From: an uncultured Bacilli bacterium
Lineage (GTDB): Bacteria; Bacillota_I; Bacilli_A; RF39; UBA660
Reading direction: 5' to 3'
Assembly: GCA_947581835.1 (NCBI GenBank)
Contig: CANPVV010000005.1
Span: forward strand, 1 to 63,114
Length of the DNA: 63,114 nucleotides
The position numbers and the translations under genes are program-made. The notes beneath the pieces were generated by a model. The model was not told where the DNA came from. It searched no databases and worked only from the letters and a program-made list of their open reading frames with translations. How positions within the stretch are numbered: position 1 is the first letter of the stretch; every line of letters starts with the position of its first letter. This document shows positions 30,374-41,253 of the stretch, piece after piece.

Positions 30374-30637
30374 ATGGCCAATATTAAAAGTTCAAAAAAA
30401 GCCATTAAAGTAATCGCTAAAAAAACTGAAAATAACCATGAGCTTAAAGCTCGCGTTAAAAATTTAATTAAAGAAACAGAAAAAGCAATTGCCAGTGGCA
30501 ATATTGAAGAATCTAATACTTTATATAAAGATGTTCAAAAAAACTTAGACCAAGCAACAAGCAAAGGCCTTATCAAAAAAAATACATCTGATAGACAAAA
30601 AAGCAGATTATCAAATAAAATTAAAAATATGAAGTAA
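30374..30637 (+). CDS. rpsT: 30S ribosomal protein S20
   Basis: MANIKSSKK...KGLIKKNT..RQKSRL. Confidence 0.97.
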   Translation: MANIKSSKKAIKVIAKKTENNHELKARVKNLIKETEKAIASGNIEESNTLYKDVQKNLDQATSKGLIKKNTSDRQKSRLSNKIKNMK

Positions 30638-30680
30638 CATTTATTGTGAACTTCTTTTTTTTTTGCTATACTCTAAATAG

Positions 30681-31655
30681 GTGTTATTTATGAAAAAATT
30701 AATTATTCCCTTTATCTGTATATTTAGTATCCTTTTAGTCTTATTAAATATAAATTCTATCTGTGATAAAATTATCAATATATTATATCACTCCAACTCT
30801 CCTAAATTAGCTATTAATAATATATATTATAAAGATTATCCCTATAAATTTGTTTCTAATACTACTAATCTTACTCCCTATAGTAAACAAGATTTATTAA
30901 ATATCTTTTATACTACTATCAACACTAAAAATGAAAACTTTACTTTTTACTGTCCTAAAGTTTATCAAAACTGTTTAAAAGATATCAATACCTTTAGTAA
31001 TGATGCCAATCTCTTAACTCACCTAAACAACTATGTTCACCCTTTTAATTCTTTTACGAGTATTAATACAACTATCAGTGATTCTGGTGAAATATCCCTA
31101 AAAATAAAATATCTCTATACAGATGAAGAAATAACTAAAATTAATGCTGAAATAACCAAATTACTTCCAACCCTTTTAGAAGAAGCCTCTAAAATAAATG
31201 AAAATGAAACTGATGCTTTTACTATTGAATACAATAAAATAAAAGTAATACATGACTATATTATAAACAATACCAAATATGATTTACAAAACAATAAAGA
31301 AAATAAAAGTTACAATGCTTATGGTGCTTTATTTAACCATTTAGCTACCTGCAATGGTTATACTGATTTAATGGCTATATTTCTAACAAATATGAACTAT
31401 GAAAATTTTAAAATAGCTACCACTGGTACTGAGGATAGTAAAGAAGGTCATGTCTGGAATGCAGTAAAAATAAATGATGAATGGCTACACTTAGATTTAA
31501 CTTGGGATGATCCCGTAAGTAGTGATAATAAAGATTATCTATATCATAAATATTTCTTAATAAATACTGAAGAATTAATGACTGCCGATAGTAATATTAC
31601 CTCTAATGAACACAACTTTGATTATGCTATTTACCAAGAATTAAAAAACTCTTAA
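30681..31655 (+). CDS. Exported transglutaminase-like domain protein (likely start 30690)
   Basis: Cys-His-Asp triad motifs ATCNGY, GHVWN, HLDLTWDD, plus an N-terminal TM. Confidence 0.88.
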   Translation: MLFMKKLIIPFICIFSILLVLLNINSICDKIINILYHSNSPKLAINNIYYKDYPYKFVSNTTNLTPYSKQDLLNIFYTTINTKNENFTFYCPKVYQNCLKDINTFSNDANLLTHLNNYVHPFNSFTSINTTISDSGEISLKIKYLYTDEEITKINAEITKLLPTLLEEASKINENETDAFTIEYNKIKVIHDYIINNTKYDLQNNKENKSYNAYGALFNHLATCNGYTDLMAIFLTNMNYENFKIATTGTEDSKEGHVWNAVKINDEWLHLDLTWDDPVSSDNKDYLYHKYFLINTEELMTADSNITSNEHNFDYAIYQELKNS

Positions 31656-31670
31656 AAAAAGAGTTTTTTT
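31642..31670. terminator. Bidirectional terminator
   Basis: AAAAACTCTT...AAGAGTTTTT between convergent genes. Confidence 0.65.
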
Positions 31671-33561
31671 AAAAGCCATGACCTGAAGAACCTCCCCCAC
31701 CAAATCCTCCTCCAGAAGAAAATCCTCCTCCAAAACCACCTCCACTAGAAGAACTTGAGTGAGTATTCGCATAATTTGCTGCTTGTCTATTATAAGCATT
31801 AGTTACTGCTCTATTTACATTAGAACAAATTATATCTCCTAAATCAAAATATATATAAGAAGGCATATAATCATAACCAACCATTGATGCATCTATTTCT
31901 TTAATCTTAACATTCATACTCTTTTGAAGTTTACTAGCAAGACCAAAAATAGTCGCATAAACTAAATATCTTTCCCATAAAATAATCTCTGGTAATTCTT
32001 TTAATTCAAAAGAACCAAAATCATCTAAAAAGTTCCTAAAAGCCTTCCATTTATCATAATGTTCACTACCTCGAGGAGTTTTCTTATGTAAAAACAAAGT
32101 AAATACTAAAAAAACTACTCCTAAAACTATTAATAAATAAGTTAAAACAAAATCAACACCATAACTAATTCCATAATAAAATACAAAAACACAAAGCATT
32201 AACACTACTACTCCAATTATTTTAGGAACATTAGAATCTTCATAAAACTTCTGTTCTTTCCCCTTCATAACTATATCATTTTGCCAACTTGTATAACTAT
32301 TTATAAATGTTGAACAACTCTTAGTCCCATTCGCATAATTTTTTAAATCCAATGTTGAAAAAATCTTTCCTCCCTGCGAATTAGTATTCCCTTTTCCTAC
32401 TTTATCAAACAAGAAATTAATAAGTAACTGTTCACTATCATTTATATTTTCTGTATTTATTAAAGTAAACAAATAATGTTTCTTTTTTTCTCCCGGTATT
32501 TCTTCAACTTTAATATTTTTCTTATAAACTAAATTCATAATTGAAGCACTCATCGCATTTGGTGTAATCTTTCTATTCATTAAATAATCAATTACCTCAA
32601 CATTATATTCATCAATAAACTCTCGATTATATTTTGAATAATACCCCGATTTAGGACTTTTACCATATTTAAAATAAATTAATATTCCACCCCCAAATAT
32701 TACTATATATAATCCCACCGTTAAAACAATCGTAGTATTTCTCTTCTTTTTTAAGTTTTCTCTTAACTCATTTGCAACTCTTGCTCTTGCCTCTTCAACT
32801 TCCAAAATATCTTCTAAACTATCTTCACTTACTTTATCATAACTAATATTTGAAACTAAATCATCATCAAAAGTTAAACGAATATCTAACACTGAGGATT
32901 TAGTCACTAAAGGAATACTAGCAATAATTCCTCGATTATCTTCATATTTTTTGACCTCACCTGCTAAATCACCATGCGCCCAAACTCGAAAATAATCTGA
33001 ACTATCACTTTTTGGCAATACTACTTCTACCACTACATTATTTATATCATCATAATCATTTGGGGTAATAAAATTCCAATAAAACTCGGCAAAATCTTGA
33101 TGCTTAACTACTCCTTCAATTATCTGATAAGATACTAAAAATGCTACCTTTTTATTATTCGCTGGATAATAAAAACGATAAGTATATCCTTGATATTCTC
33201 TAACTTTCGTATATTTTGCTTTATCTCCATTATAAGCATTACTAACCTCTGTAAAGTAATCAAAATCTGTATCATTAAATGTATCAAGTGTTACATTATC
33301 TACATATTTAGCTTTAACATTTAATAATTTAATATCTGAAGCATTATAAATATAATCATTATCTACTAAATCATTCGCATATCTTAAAGTTTTCTCATAA
33401 CCATTAAATATTCCATTCATTACAATTAATTCTGTAATATTTACATTTCCATTATCTAAAATTTCAGCTTTAATTAATTGATCAGTAATCTTATAATTTG
33501 CAGCATTTACTGTCACTGGAAACATTAATAAAATAAATATTGTATAAATAATCTTTTTCAT
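31669..33561 (-). CDS. DUF2207 family membrane protein
   Basis: EFYWN, VWAHG, WKAFRNFL, WERYLVYA, Gly/Ser-rich tail, downstream of lemA. Confidence 0.9.
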   Translation of the reverse strand: MKKIIYTIFILLMFPVTVNAANYKITDQLIKAEILDNGNVNITELIVMNGIFNGYEKTLRYANDLVDNDYIYNASDIKLLNVKAKYVDNVTLDTFNDTDFDYFTEVSNAYNGDKAKYTKVREYQGYTYRFYYPANNKKVAFLVSYQIIEGVVKHQDFAEFYWNFITPNDYDDINNVVVEVVLPKSDSSDYFRVWAHGDLAGEVKKYEDNRGIIASIPLVTKSSVLDIRLTFDDDLVSNISYDKVSEDSLEDILEVEEARARVANELRENLKKKRNTTIVLTVGLYIVIFGGGILIYFKYGKSPKSGYYSKYNREFIDEYNVEVIDYLMNRKITPNAMSASIMNLVYKKNIKVEEIPGEKKKHYLFTLINTENINDSEQLLINFLFDKVGKGNTNSQGGKIFSTLDLKNYANGTKSCSTFINSYTSWQNDIVMKGKEQKFYEDSNVPKIIGVVVLMLCVFVFYYGISYGVDFVLTYLLIVLGVVFLVFTLFLHKKTPRGSEHYDKWKAFRNFLDDFGSFELKELPEIILWERYLVYATIFGLASKLQKSMNVKIKEIDASMVGYDYMPSYIYFDLGDIICSNVNRAVTNAYNRQAANYANTHSSSSSGGGFGGGFSSGGGFGGGGSSGHGF

Positions 33562-33608
33562 AGACCTATACCCTTCTAATATACTAAAATAAGGCTTAAT
33601 ATTAAGCC

Positions 33609-34172
33609 TTAGAATTTAACTTGTACATTTTCTCTTTCAGTCTCATTAGCTTGAAAGAAAGTCTCTTTAGTAAATTTAAACATACCCGCTACAATATTTG
33701 ATGGAACCATTTCAACTTTATTATTATATTGCATTACAATATCATTATAAAATTGTCTTGACATAGCTACTTTATTCTCCGTTTCATTAAGTTCATTTTG
33801 CAAATCTAAAAAATTAGTATTAGCTTTCAAATCAGGATAGTTTTCTGTTAAAGCAAATAATTTATTAATTGCTTTAGTAAGCTCTCCATCTGCTTTCATT
33901 TGATCTTCTGGTAGAGTTGCACTTAAATATGTATTTCTTGCTTTAACTACATTTTCTAAAGTTTCACTTTCATGTTTTGTATAGCCTTTAACTGTTTCCA
34001 CTAAATTAGGTATTAAATCAAATCTTCTTTTTAATTGAACATCAATTTGACTCCAAGCATCTTTAACTCTATTTCTTAAAGATACAAGTGAATTATAAGT
34101 TCCAATAACCCATAATACTAATAAAACAACTATTACTATAACTACAATTAAAATTATTGTTCCTGTACTCAT
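33609..34172 (-). CDS. lemA: LemA family protein
   Basis: WSQIDVQLKRRFDLIPNLV, ENYPDLKAN. Confidence 0.95.
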   Translation of the reverse strand: MSTGTIILIVVIVIVVLLVLWVIGTYNSLVSLRNRVKDAWSQIDVQLKRRFDLIPNLVETVKGYTKHESETLENVVKARNTYLSATLPEDQMKADGELTKAINKLFALTENYPDLKANTNFLDLQNELNETENKVAMSRQFYNDIVMQYNNKVEMVPSNIVAGMFKFTKETFFQANETERENVQVKF

Positions 34173-34252
34173 TATATCCTCCTTATATAATTATATTATC
34201 ACAAAGACTAATTTATCTCAAGAACTTTTCCTCTTATTAACTAATTTTTTAC

Positions 34253-37200
34253 TTAACTAACCTCTAATACTTCTACCTCTCTAATTCTATTATCCATAAT
34301 TGAATATAAATATAAACTTATCTTCTTATTACTTACACTTCTTATATATTTATAATAAACATTAAGTTGTTTATTATATTCTGTATCATCAATATTTTTA
34401 AGCTTATAATCAATTATTTTAATCTCATCATTATATTCAAGCATTAAATCAATTATTCCATGATACTCTATTTCTTCATCTTCAAATATAAACTCTAATT
34501 CTTTATAAATAACTGCATCATCCATTGAAAAATTATTTTTTAAATTATTAATATATTTATTACTACTACTCTTCTTAAAATCTGTTAATTCTAACATTTC
34601 ATGCATTTTAGTTCCATACTCTAAAACCAAAGCCTCTTCTTTAGTTATAATATTTTTAATACTCTTTGATGCTCTTTTATTTAAAATTAATTTACTATCT
34701 ATTTGAAGATTTCTAAAATCTATACTTGTATCATCTCCACTTATTTCATAATTTTTAAACTTTCCATATTCATAATCTTTACTAATATCTAAACTATTAA
34801 TATCTACATACTTAATATATTTACTTAAATTTAAACTAATAGATGCCATTATATCATAAAAAGACCGATACTTTAAACCTACTGCTTCCCTTATTGCTCC
34901 TTTTTGTTTTTTAGGATTTTTAAATTCTGGTACTACCATTATCATTTTTTCTTGAGCTCTTGTTAAAGCAACATATAAAAGTCTAATCTTTTCTGATATT
35001 TCTTCTTTTAAATAATTTCTCTTTACCAAAGTTTTAGTAAATAAAGTTCCAATACCATCTTTATAAAAAGGTGTAATTATCCCATAATTTTTATCAAACA
35101 TAAATCTATTAGTTAAATCACCTAAATTAAAACTCTCTAAATAACCTGCAAAATAACAAATAGGAAACTGTAACCCTTTAGATTTATGAATATTCATTAT
35201 TTTTACACAATTAAGACTACTCTTTGCCTCTTTATATCTAATCTCAAAATTATTATTTAATATATTTTCTAAATAATCTTTAAAATCTCTAATTGTAAAA
35301 CCTAAATCTTCTGCCACTTTAATTAAATCTCCTAAAGCATCTAATCTAATTATTGCTCCTTCTATATCTCCTACTGTAATTAAATTCTCATAAAAATTAA
35401 AATCCTTTAGTATTCTTTCATAAAGCATAACAGGTGTCATATTATCTATATCTTTAACTATTATTTTACACTTTTCATATATTTCACTCTTAAAATAAGT
35501 ATTTTCATTTATATAATTAAATATTAAAACATCACTTAAATTACCCACAAAACTTCTAGCAATACTAACAAAATAATAACGAGCCTCTGTATCATATTCT
35601 TCATTTTTAATCTTTAAAATTAACCCAATTATATTCTTAATAATAAGTATATCATTAGCCATTACTAAATTATCATCTTTATATACATCCATAGGTATAT
35701 TTAAATATAAAAATATCTTCTTATAAGTATTCATAGTTTTATTTCTATCTAAAATAATACAAAAATCACTATATTTAGCATCTCTTAAACTTTTTGTTTT
35801 AAAATCATAAACCTGATATTTATTCTCGACTTTTTTAATTATATCTCTTGCAATAGTAAAAGCTTCTATTTCTAAATTACTATACTTTTTATCTTCATTA
35901 TTATATTTAAATATTTCTAAATTATTATCATAACCATTATCTCCATATTTAAGATAATCTAAATTACCATAAATCATTTCATGATTATTATTATAATTTA
36001 CACTCCCTATCTCATCTGTCATAATTAAATCAAATATTTCATTAATATTATCTAAAACTTCTTTTCTTGATCTAAAATTCTTAAATAAATCTATCTTTTT
36101 ACCCTTAATATTTTTCGCATAATTATCATATTTTTCTTTAAATATTTTAGGATTAGCATTTCTAAAACGATAAATAGACTGTTTTATATCCCCTACCATA
36201 TAAACATTATTATTTTCAATATTTGATATAAATATCTCTTGTAAATCATTTGTATCTTGATATTCATCAATTAATATCTCATTATAATAATTCTTTAATT
36301 CTTCCTTTATCTCTTTATTTTCACTAACTATCTTAATAGCCATATTAGCAATATCTAAAAATTCAAAAGCCTCATTTTCCCTTTTATATTCCTCTAATCT
36401 TTCATTTACTAAATTAATAACTCTAATTATTGCTCGTACATATCCCAAAGTACTTTTATACTGTTCTTTTAACTCTTCTTTTGAATACTCTGTTAATTCC
36501 ATTATTTCTTTAGCAACATTTTTTAAATTCTCTTTTATCTCTATTGCTTCTTCTGAAATATTCCTAAATTGAACTCTACCTAATTCTTTAACTTTATAAA
36601 TATCTTCATAAGTTTTTGGTTTAATTAATTTAGAATATGTATCATATACCTTTATATATAATTCTTCATCTAATAAATCTTCTAAACTATATAAATTATC
36701 CTCTACTTCTAAACACAAATCTTTAATATAAAGAAAATACTCTTCTAAAATACTATCTATATAATTATCACTATAAAACTTATCTATATAACTATCTAAA
36801 TATTCTTTTTTATCATATTTTAAATCCAAACTTTTTTTAATATTTAAAATAGCATCTTTAATTATCTCATCATCTCTTGTTGTAAAATCCCCGATAAGTT
36901 TTAAAAAATCTTCATCTTTTTCTTCATACAAACTCTGAAATACCTGCTCTATTACTCTTATCTTTTCTAATTCCATAATAGAAGAATCCACAATTCCAAT
37001 ATTTTTACTAATATTAAGTAAATAATGATATTTTTTAACTATTGCTAAAGCATAAGCATCAAAAGTTGTAATATAAGCTGAATCAATAAGTTCTAAAGCT
37101 TCTTTAAAATTATTTTCTTCTAATAAATCTCTAATTCTATTTTTCATTTCTAAAGCTGCTTCATTAGTAAAAGTTAAAACTAATATTTTTCGAATATCTA

Positions 37201-37345
37201 CTCCATCTTGAACTTTTCTTAAAACTCTTTTTGAAAGTACGGCTGTTTTACCTGAACCCGCGCCTGCTGAAACAATAATATTGCTACCTTCCTCATAAAC
37301 TGCTTGTCTCTGTTCCTCTGTTAGATTCAATTTTCTCCCCTCCAA
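34253..37345 (-). CDS. addA: Helicase-nuclease AddA (likely TTG start at 37330)
   Basis: SAGAGSGKT, DEYQDTN, VGDIKQSIYRFR, HKSKGL, YVALTRA, C-terminal GIIDL...IIDYK. Confidence 0.9.
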   Translation of the reverse strand: MEGRKLNLTEEQRQAVYEEGSNIIVSAGAGSGKTAVLSKRVLRKVQDGVDIRKILVLTFTNEAALEMKNRIRDLLEENNFKEALELIDSAYITTFDAYALAIVKKYHYLLNISKNIGIVDSSIMELEKIRVIEQVFQSLYEEKDEDFLKLIGDFTTRDDEIIKDAILNIKKSLDLKYDKKEYLDSYIDKFYSDNYIDSILEEYFLYIKDLCLEVEDNLYSLEDLLDEELYIKVYDTYSKLIKPKTYEDIYKVKELGRVQFRNISEEAIEIKENLKNVAKEIMELTEYSKEELKEQYKSTLGYVRAIIRVINLVNERLEEYKRENEAFEFLDIANMAIKIVSENKEIKEELKNYYNEILIDEYQDTNDLQEIFISNIENNNVYMVGDIKQSIYRFRNANPKIFKEKYDNYAKNIKGKKIDLFKNFRSRKEVLDNINEIFDLIMTDEIGSVNYNNNHEMIYGNLDYLKYGDNGYDNNLEIFKYNNEDKKYSNLEIEAFTIARDIIKKVENKYQVYDFKTKSLRDAKYSDFCIILDRNKTMNTYKKIFLYLNIPMDVYKDDNLVMANDILIIKNIIGLILKIKNEEYDTEARYYFVSIARSFVGNLSDVLIFNYINENTYFKSEIYEKCKIIVKDIDNMTPVMLYERILKDFNFYENLITVGDIEGAIIRLDALGDLIKVAEDLGFTIRDFKDYLENILNNNFEIRYKEAKSSLNCVKIMNIHKSKGLQFPICYFAGYLESFNLGDLTNRFMFDKNYGIITPFYKDGIGTLFTKTLVKRNYLKEEISEKIRLLYVALTRAQEKMIMVVPEFKNPKKQKGAIREAVGLKYRSFYDIMASISLNLSKYIKYVDINSLDISKDYEYGKFKNYEISGDDTSIDFRNLQIDSKLILNKRASKSIKNIITKEEALVLEYGTKMHEMLELTDFKKSSSNKYINNLKNNFSMDDAVIYKELEFIFEDEEIEYHGIIDLMLEYNDEIKIIDYKLKNIDDTEYNKQLNVYYKYIRSVSNKKISLYLYSIMDNRIREVEVLEVS

Positions 37346-39641
37346 TCATTACCTCATCTTTTTTACTTACATAACAAATATCTCTAAATTTACAATAAGT
37401 ACATGAAATATTTATTTTATTCATTACTTTAGGATTTATTCTAAAATCACCATCTAAAATATTTCCTACACATTTATCTATTTCCTCTTCAACCTGATAA
37501 GTTAACTCTTCCATTTCTTCATTACTTAAAACTTGAGCTCTTGTAGAAATACTCCCATCTTTTTTATATTTTAAATTCTTTATAAGTGTACTATTTTGAT
37601 ACTCTTCATCTAATAATTCTAATATTTTCTCATCACTATTAGAAAAACCTTGTAATCTTAAATTTTCTTTTATTTGTATCTCTTTACTTTTATCACTTAC
37701 ATCTGGTATCTTATTTAATACTTTTTGAATATAAAAACCACCAATTATTGCCTCTTTAAATCTTTCTGATTTTTTAAGTAAATAAAGATAAATCGGTAAC
37801 TGTAAATTAAGTCCAAACTCTAAATTAGTTAAATCAACTTTAGCTCCTCCAGTTTTATAATCAACTACTGCAAGTACTTCCTTTTCATTCCAAATTGTAT
37901 ACATAACTTTATCGATAAGTCCTTTAAAAGTTACAGCAATATTTCCATAATCTTTATAAACATATAGCTCTTCTTCAAATAAATAATTATTTAGCTTTGT
38001 CTTCTTCTCTTGCTCTTTTATTACTTTAATAATTAACTCTAACTCTTTACTTAACTTTTCTAAATAGAAAAACTCCTTAGCTCCTAAAGCATAATCTTTA
38101 TCTTTAACAAACTGCATTATCTCTGCATCGATATTTATTTCTTTTTTTAAAGCTATCTCTAAAATATGATGAACTATCGTACCTATAATAGTTTTAAAAC
38201 TTTCTTCATAAATATCTATTTTTAAAACTTTACTAAGATAATAATGAAAAGCACACTCATTATACATTTCCATATTTGTATAAGCTAAAACTAAACCCTT
38301 CTCTAAACTTGCTAAAAACTTATCATTATTTATTCCTCTAAATTCATTACTATATTCTCGATATTTAATATTTAAATTACTCTTAAATAAACTCAAATCA
38401 TTCCCAATTTTATTAAATTTATAAAGTTCATCTAACTCTTTCGCATACTTAATACTAGAATTTAACTTTGAATAACTTATCTCTTCATTAGGTTCTATTA
38501 AAACAACTTCCATACCCATTTCTTTAACCAAAAATGATGGAAAACAATTACCATTTCTACTACTTAATTTATAAGTTAGAACTAAATTTTTAATATTTCC
38601 TAACTTTAAAATTAAATCATTTTTATTTATTCTATTTTCTAATATACTTGTATCAATACCTAACTTTTCTTTTATATCATCACTTAAATAATCTTCATCT
38701 TTTTTAATAACCGGATAATTATTAATATTAAATCCTAACCAAAAAACATAATCATCTTCTAAAAAGTCTTCTGAAGAATTCCCAATTCCTACTGCTTTAT
38801 CATAAATTTCCCTTTTTATTTTAGTTCTCTTTAAATCATGAATAATAAACTCTTTTCGTAAAGTCTTATTTTTAACGTCAACAGATTTATTAATTATAGT
38901 TATTAAATCATCTATATTTCCATACTTTTCCTTTAAACTCTCAATTAACTCTTCAAGTAATTCATTATCATATCTCATCAAAAATTCCTGACTTAATTCC
39001 AAACTATAATAAGAATTATCACCATCTATATTATAAGGTATTTTATATATTTCTAAATATCTTTTTAATATATTGGTGTATTCTGAGGTCTTAACTATTC
39101 TAATTTTATTTAAAGGTACACCCTGATAAATTAATTCACATATTTTTTTAATAACAAAATCTACTTCTTCTTCTATATTTTTTGCCTCATATACAATATG
39201 CTTATAATTATTCATCTTTTTACTATTATACTCTAATTTAGTATCTAAGCTATTTAAAACAATCTCCATTTTTTTACTTATATTATTATAACCATAAACA
39301 ATAACTCTTTTATTTTTAATATACTCTTTAAACAAATCATCTTTTATCAATAAGTCATTGTCTTCCAATTCTTTTTTTAAGCTATTCAAAAATTTAATTT
39401 TCTCATTATCTAAATCTTTCAAATAATATAAATTATTTAAATATATTTTAGCTACATTAATATTAACTTTATACTTAGCCATAACATATTCTAAAGCCCT
39501 ATTATCATAACTAAAAAATATTTTATTTTTAATCTCATCAATTGTATAAAACTTTAAATTATATAATAATTTATTTTTACTAAGTTCTCTTAAAATATTT
39601 TTTTTATTACTATTACTTGTTATTACAATTACACTTTCCAT
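37293..39641 (-). CDS. addB: AddB-like PD-(D/E)XK nuclease subunit
   Basis: CAFHYY, GLIDKV...VVDYKTG, LQLPIY, CTYCKFRDIC Fe-S cysteines, overlaps addA. Confidence 0.85.
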   Translation of the reverse strand: MESVIVITSNSNKKNILRELSKNKLLYNLKFYTIDEIKNKIFFSYDNRALEYVMAKYKVNINVAKIYLNNLYYLKDLDNEKIKFLNSLKKELEDNDLLIKDDLFKEYIKNKRVIVYGYNNISKKMEIVLNSLDTKLEYNSKKMNNYKHIVYEAKNIEEEVDFVIKKICELIYQGVPLNKIRIVKTSEYTNILKRYLEIYKIPYNIDGDNSYYSLELSQEFLMRYDNELLEELIESLKEKYGNIDDLITIINKSVDVKNKTLRKEFIIHDLKRTKIKREIYDKAVGIGNSSEDFLEDDYVFWLGFNINNYPVIKKDEDYLSDDIKEKLGIDTSILENRINKNDLILKLGNIKNLVLTYKLSSRNGNCFPSFLVKEMGMEVVLIEPNEEISYSKLNSSIKYAKELDELYKFNKIGNDLSLFKSNLNIKYREYSNEFRGINNDKFLASLEKGLVLAYTNMEMYNECAFHYYLSKVLKIDIYEESFKTIIGTIVHHILEIALKKEINIDAEIMQFVKDKDYALGAKEFFYLEKLSKELELIIKVIKEQEKKTKLNNYLFEEELYVYKDYGNIAVTFKGLIDKVMYTIWNEKEVLAVVDYKTGGAKVDLTNLEFGLNLQLPIYLYLLKKSERFKEAIIGGFYIQKVLNKIPDVSDKSKEIQIKENLRLQGFSNSDEKILELLDEEYQNSTLIKNLKYKKDGSISTRAQVLSNEEMEELTYQVEEEIDKCVGNILDGDFRINPKVMNKINISCTYCKFRDICYVSKKDEVMIGGEKIESNRGTETSSL

Positions 39642-39870
39642 CTTTAATCCTTCCCAGCCTTTTTTATATAAAAAAATAGCCTAAAAACTATTCCAATAAT
39701 CTAATTTTATTGTACAATAAAAAACCTATTAATTCAAGTAAGTAATTTTTTCCAACAAAAAAATTATATCAACCAATAAGAATATTACTAAATATCAACA
39801 AAAATAATTAATTTAAACTTTTAATTACTTTTTCTTTATTATATAATAATTAAAAAGAAATGAGGTTTTT

Positions 39871-40365
39871 ATGATAAGAACAGCTATAAGTCCCCGTTTA
39901 GAAGGCACAATAAAAAAAGATGAAAAAATTGAAAAAAGAAATATATCTGATATAGAATATCAAAAGCAAGCTGCTTATATAAAAGCATCAGTGAGCAATT
40001 TTAAATATAATAATTGGACCGTTTATGATTTCTTACAATTATTTTGTAATGTATGTCAAGATTATTCAATAACGTCATTTGACATAAACAAATTAATTAA
40101 TCTTATCAAAAACTGTTTTAAAAATGGTGAATTTTCTAATTTACTTACTTTTACAAAAGATTATAATTTTGAATTTAAACTTTTAGATTGGATATCTAAA
40201 AATTTAACAATAGATAATAATATAGCTTATATTAATAAAATTTATTTTGATTCTGATTTTAATCAAGAAATAGATTACTATAAAAATGAAATGAACTATT
40301 TTGTACAATTATTTAATTCCTTAAATAAAGAACAAAATAATATCAAATTAAAACGATTCATTTAA
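39871..40365 (+). CDS. Hypothetical protein
   Basis: 164-aa ORF with GAGG RBS, no recognised motif. Confidence 0.6.
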   Translation: MIRTAISPRLEGTIKKDEKIEKRNISDIEYQKQAAYIKASVSNFKYNNWTVYDFLQLFCNVCQDYSITSFDINKLINLIKNCFKNGEFSNLLTFTKDYNFEFKLLDWISKNLTIDNNIAYINKIYFDSDFNQEIDYYKNEMNYFVQLFNSLNKEQNNIKLKRFI

Positions 40366-40614
40366 TTACTTATTAAATACAACTTTTAAATACTTAGTAA
40401 GTTAGCATCAATTTTAACTTCATTTAATATAGTTTTAAAATACTATTCATTTTTTTAAATCAATTTAAAACTAATCTCTTTATTTTAAAATCTGCCAAAA
40501 AAATTTTTGCGACACTTTCACGAGTATTCTTAAAAAAAGCTATCGTAAATACATATACTTTTGGATATAAAAAAACAAACCCTTTACTTATAAGGATCTG
40601 TTTAATATTCTAAA

Positions 40615-40690
40615 TGGCGCCCAATGTAGGACTCGAACCTACGACCTAACGGTTAACAGCCGTGCGCTCTACCGACTGAGCTAATTGGGC
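40615..40690 (-). tRNA. tRNA-Asn(GTT)
   Basis: GCCCAAT/ATTGGGC acceptor stem, CT-GTT-AA loop, GGTTCGAGTCC T-arm, encoded CCA, 76 nt. Confidence 0.97.
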
Positions 40691-40770
40691 ATTACTACTA
40701 AATTATAGTATTTATTATTTCTCTTGTCAATAATTTTATACATAATTTAGTAAAAACTTTTTAAAATTTA

Positions 40771-41133
40771 TTATCTTTCAGATGCAGCTGCTTCACATTC
40801 CTCACCAGGATGAGATATACAAGTTGCACAAATACCATATTCAGTTTTATATGGTTCCTCAGTAAATTCTGTAACCAAACTAAATACAGCCCCAACTATA
40901 ATAGGTACAAAGAAAATAACTATACCAGCGACTGCTCTCATCGCTAATGATTTAACAGACTTTTTAATTTCATCATCTTTACTAGCTACTACTGCTTTTC
41001 CTAAATCAATTACTCCAAAAAGGATAATTATAAGCGGAATAACTATTTTAAAAACAAATAATACCCAACCTATAATTTGCCATACTTCCCATAACTCAGA
41101 GCATATTGAAGGTACCATAATTAACATACACAT
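40771..41133 (-). CDS. TrbC/VirB2-like pilin-type membrane protein
   Basis: Two hydrophobic helices joined by a KAVVASKDDEIKK loop, Cys near both ends. Confidence 0.6.
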   Translation of the reverse strand: MCMLIMVPSICSELWEVWQIIGWVLFVFKIVIPLIIILFGVIDLGKAVVASKDDEIKKSVKSLAMRAVAGIVIFFVPIIVGAVFSLVTEFTEEPYKTEYGICATCISHPGEECEAAASER

Positions 41134-41159
41134 TTCCTCGCTTTCCTCTGTATATTTAT

Positions 41160-41188
41160 ATTTTAAACTATAACTCCTATATTGTCAA
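41160..41188 (-). promoter_or_regulatory. sigmaA promoter of the pilin-like gene
   Basis: TTGACA-17 bp-TAAAAT. Confidence 0.7.
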
Positions 41189-41223
41189 GTTTTTAATGTC
41201 AAATCATGTCTAATAAGAAAAAA

Positions 41224-41253
41224 AGTAATGATTACTAATTTATTATCATTACT
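41224..41253 (-). terminator. Terminator of the Tad operon
   Basis: AGTAATGAT-N12-ATCATTACT, T-run on the minus strand. Confidence 0.65.

Noticed and set aside
33590-33611. Perfect 22-bp palindrome between lemA and the DUF2207 gene
   Set aside because: Adequately explained as an mRNA hairpin or partial terminator, and it occurs only once.
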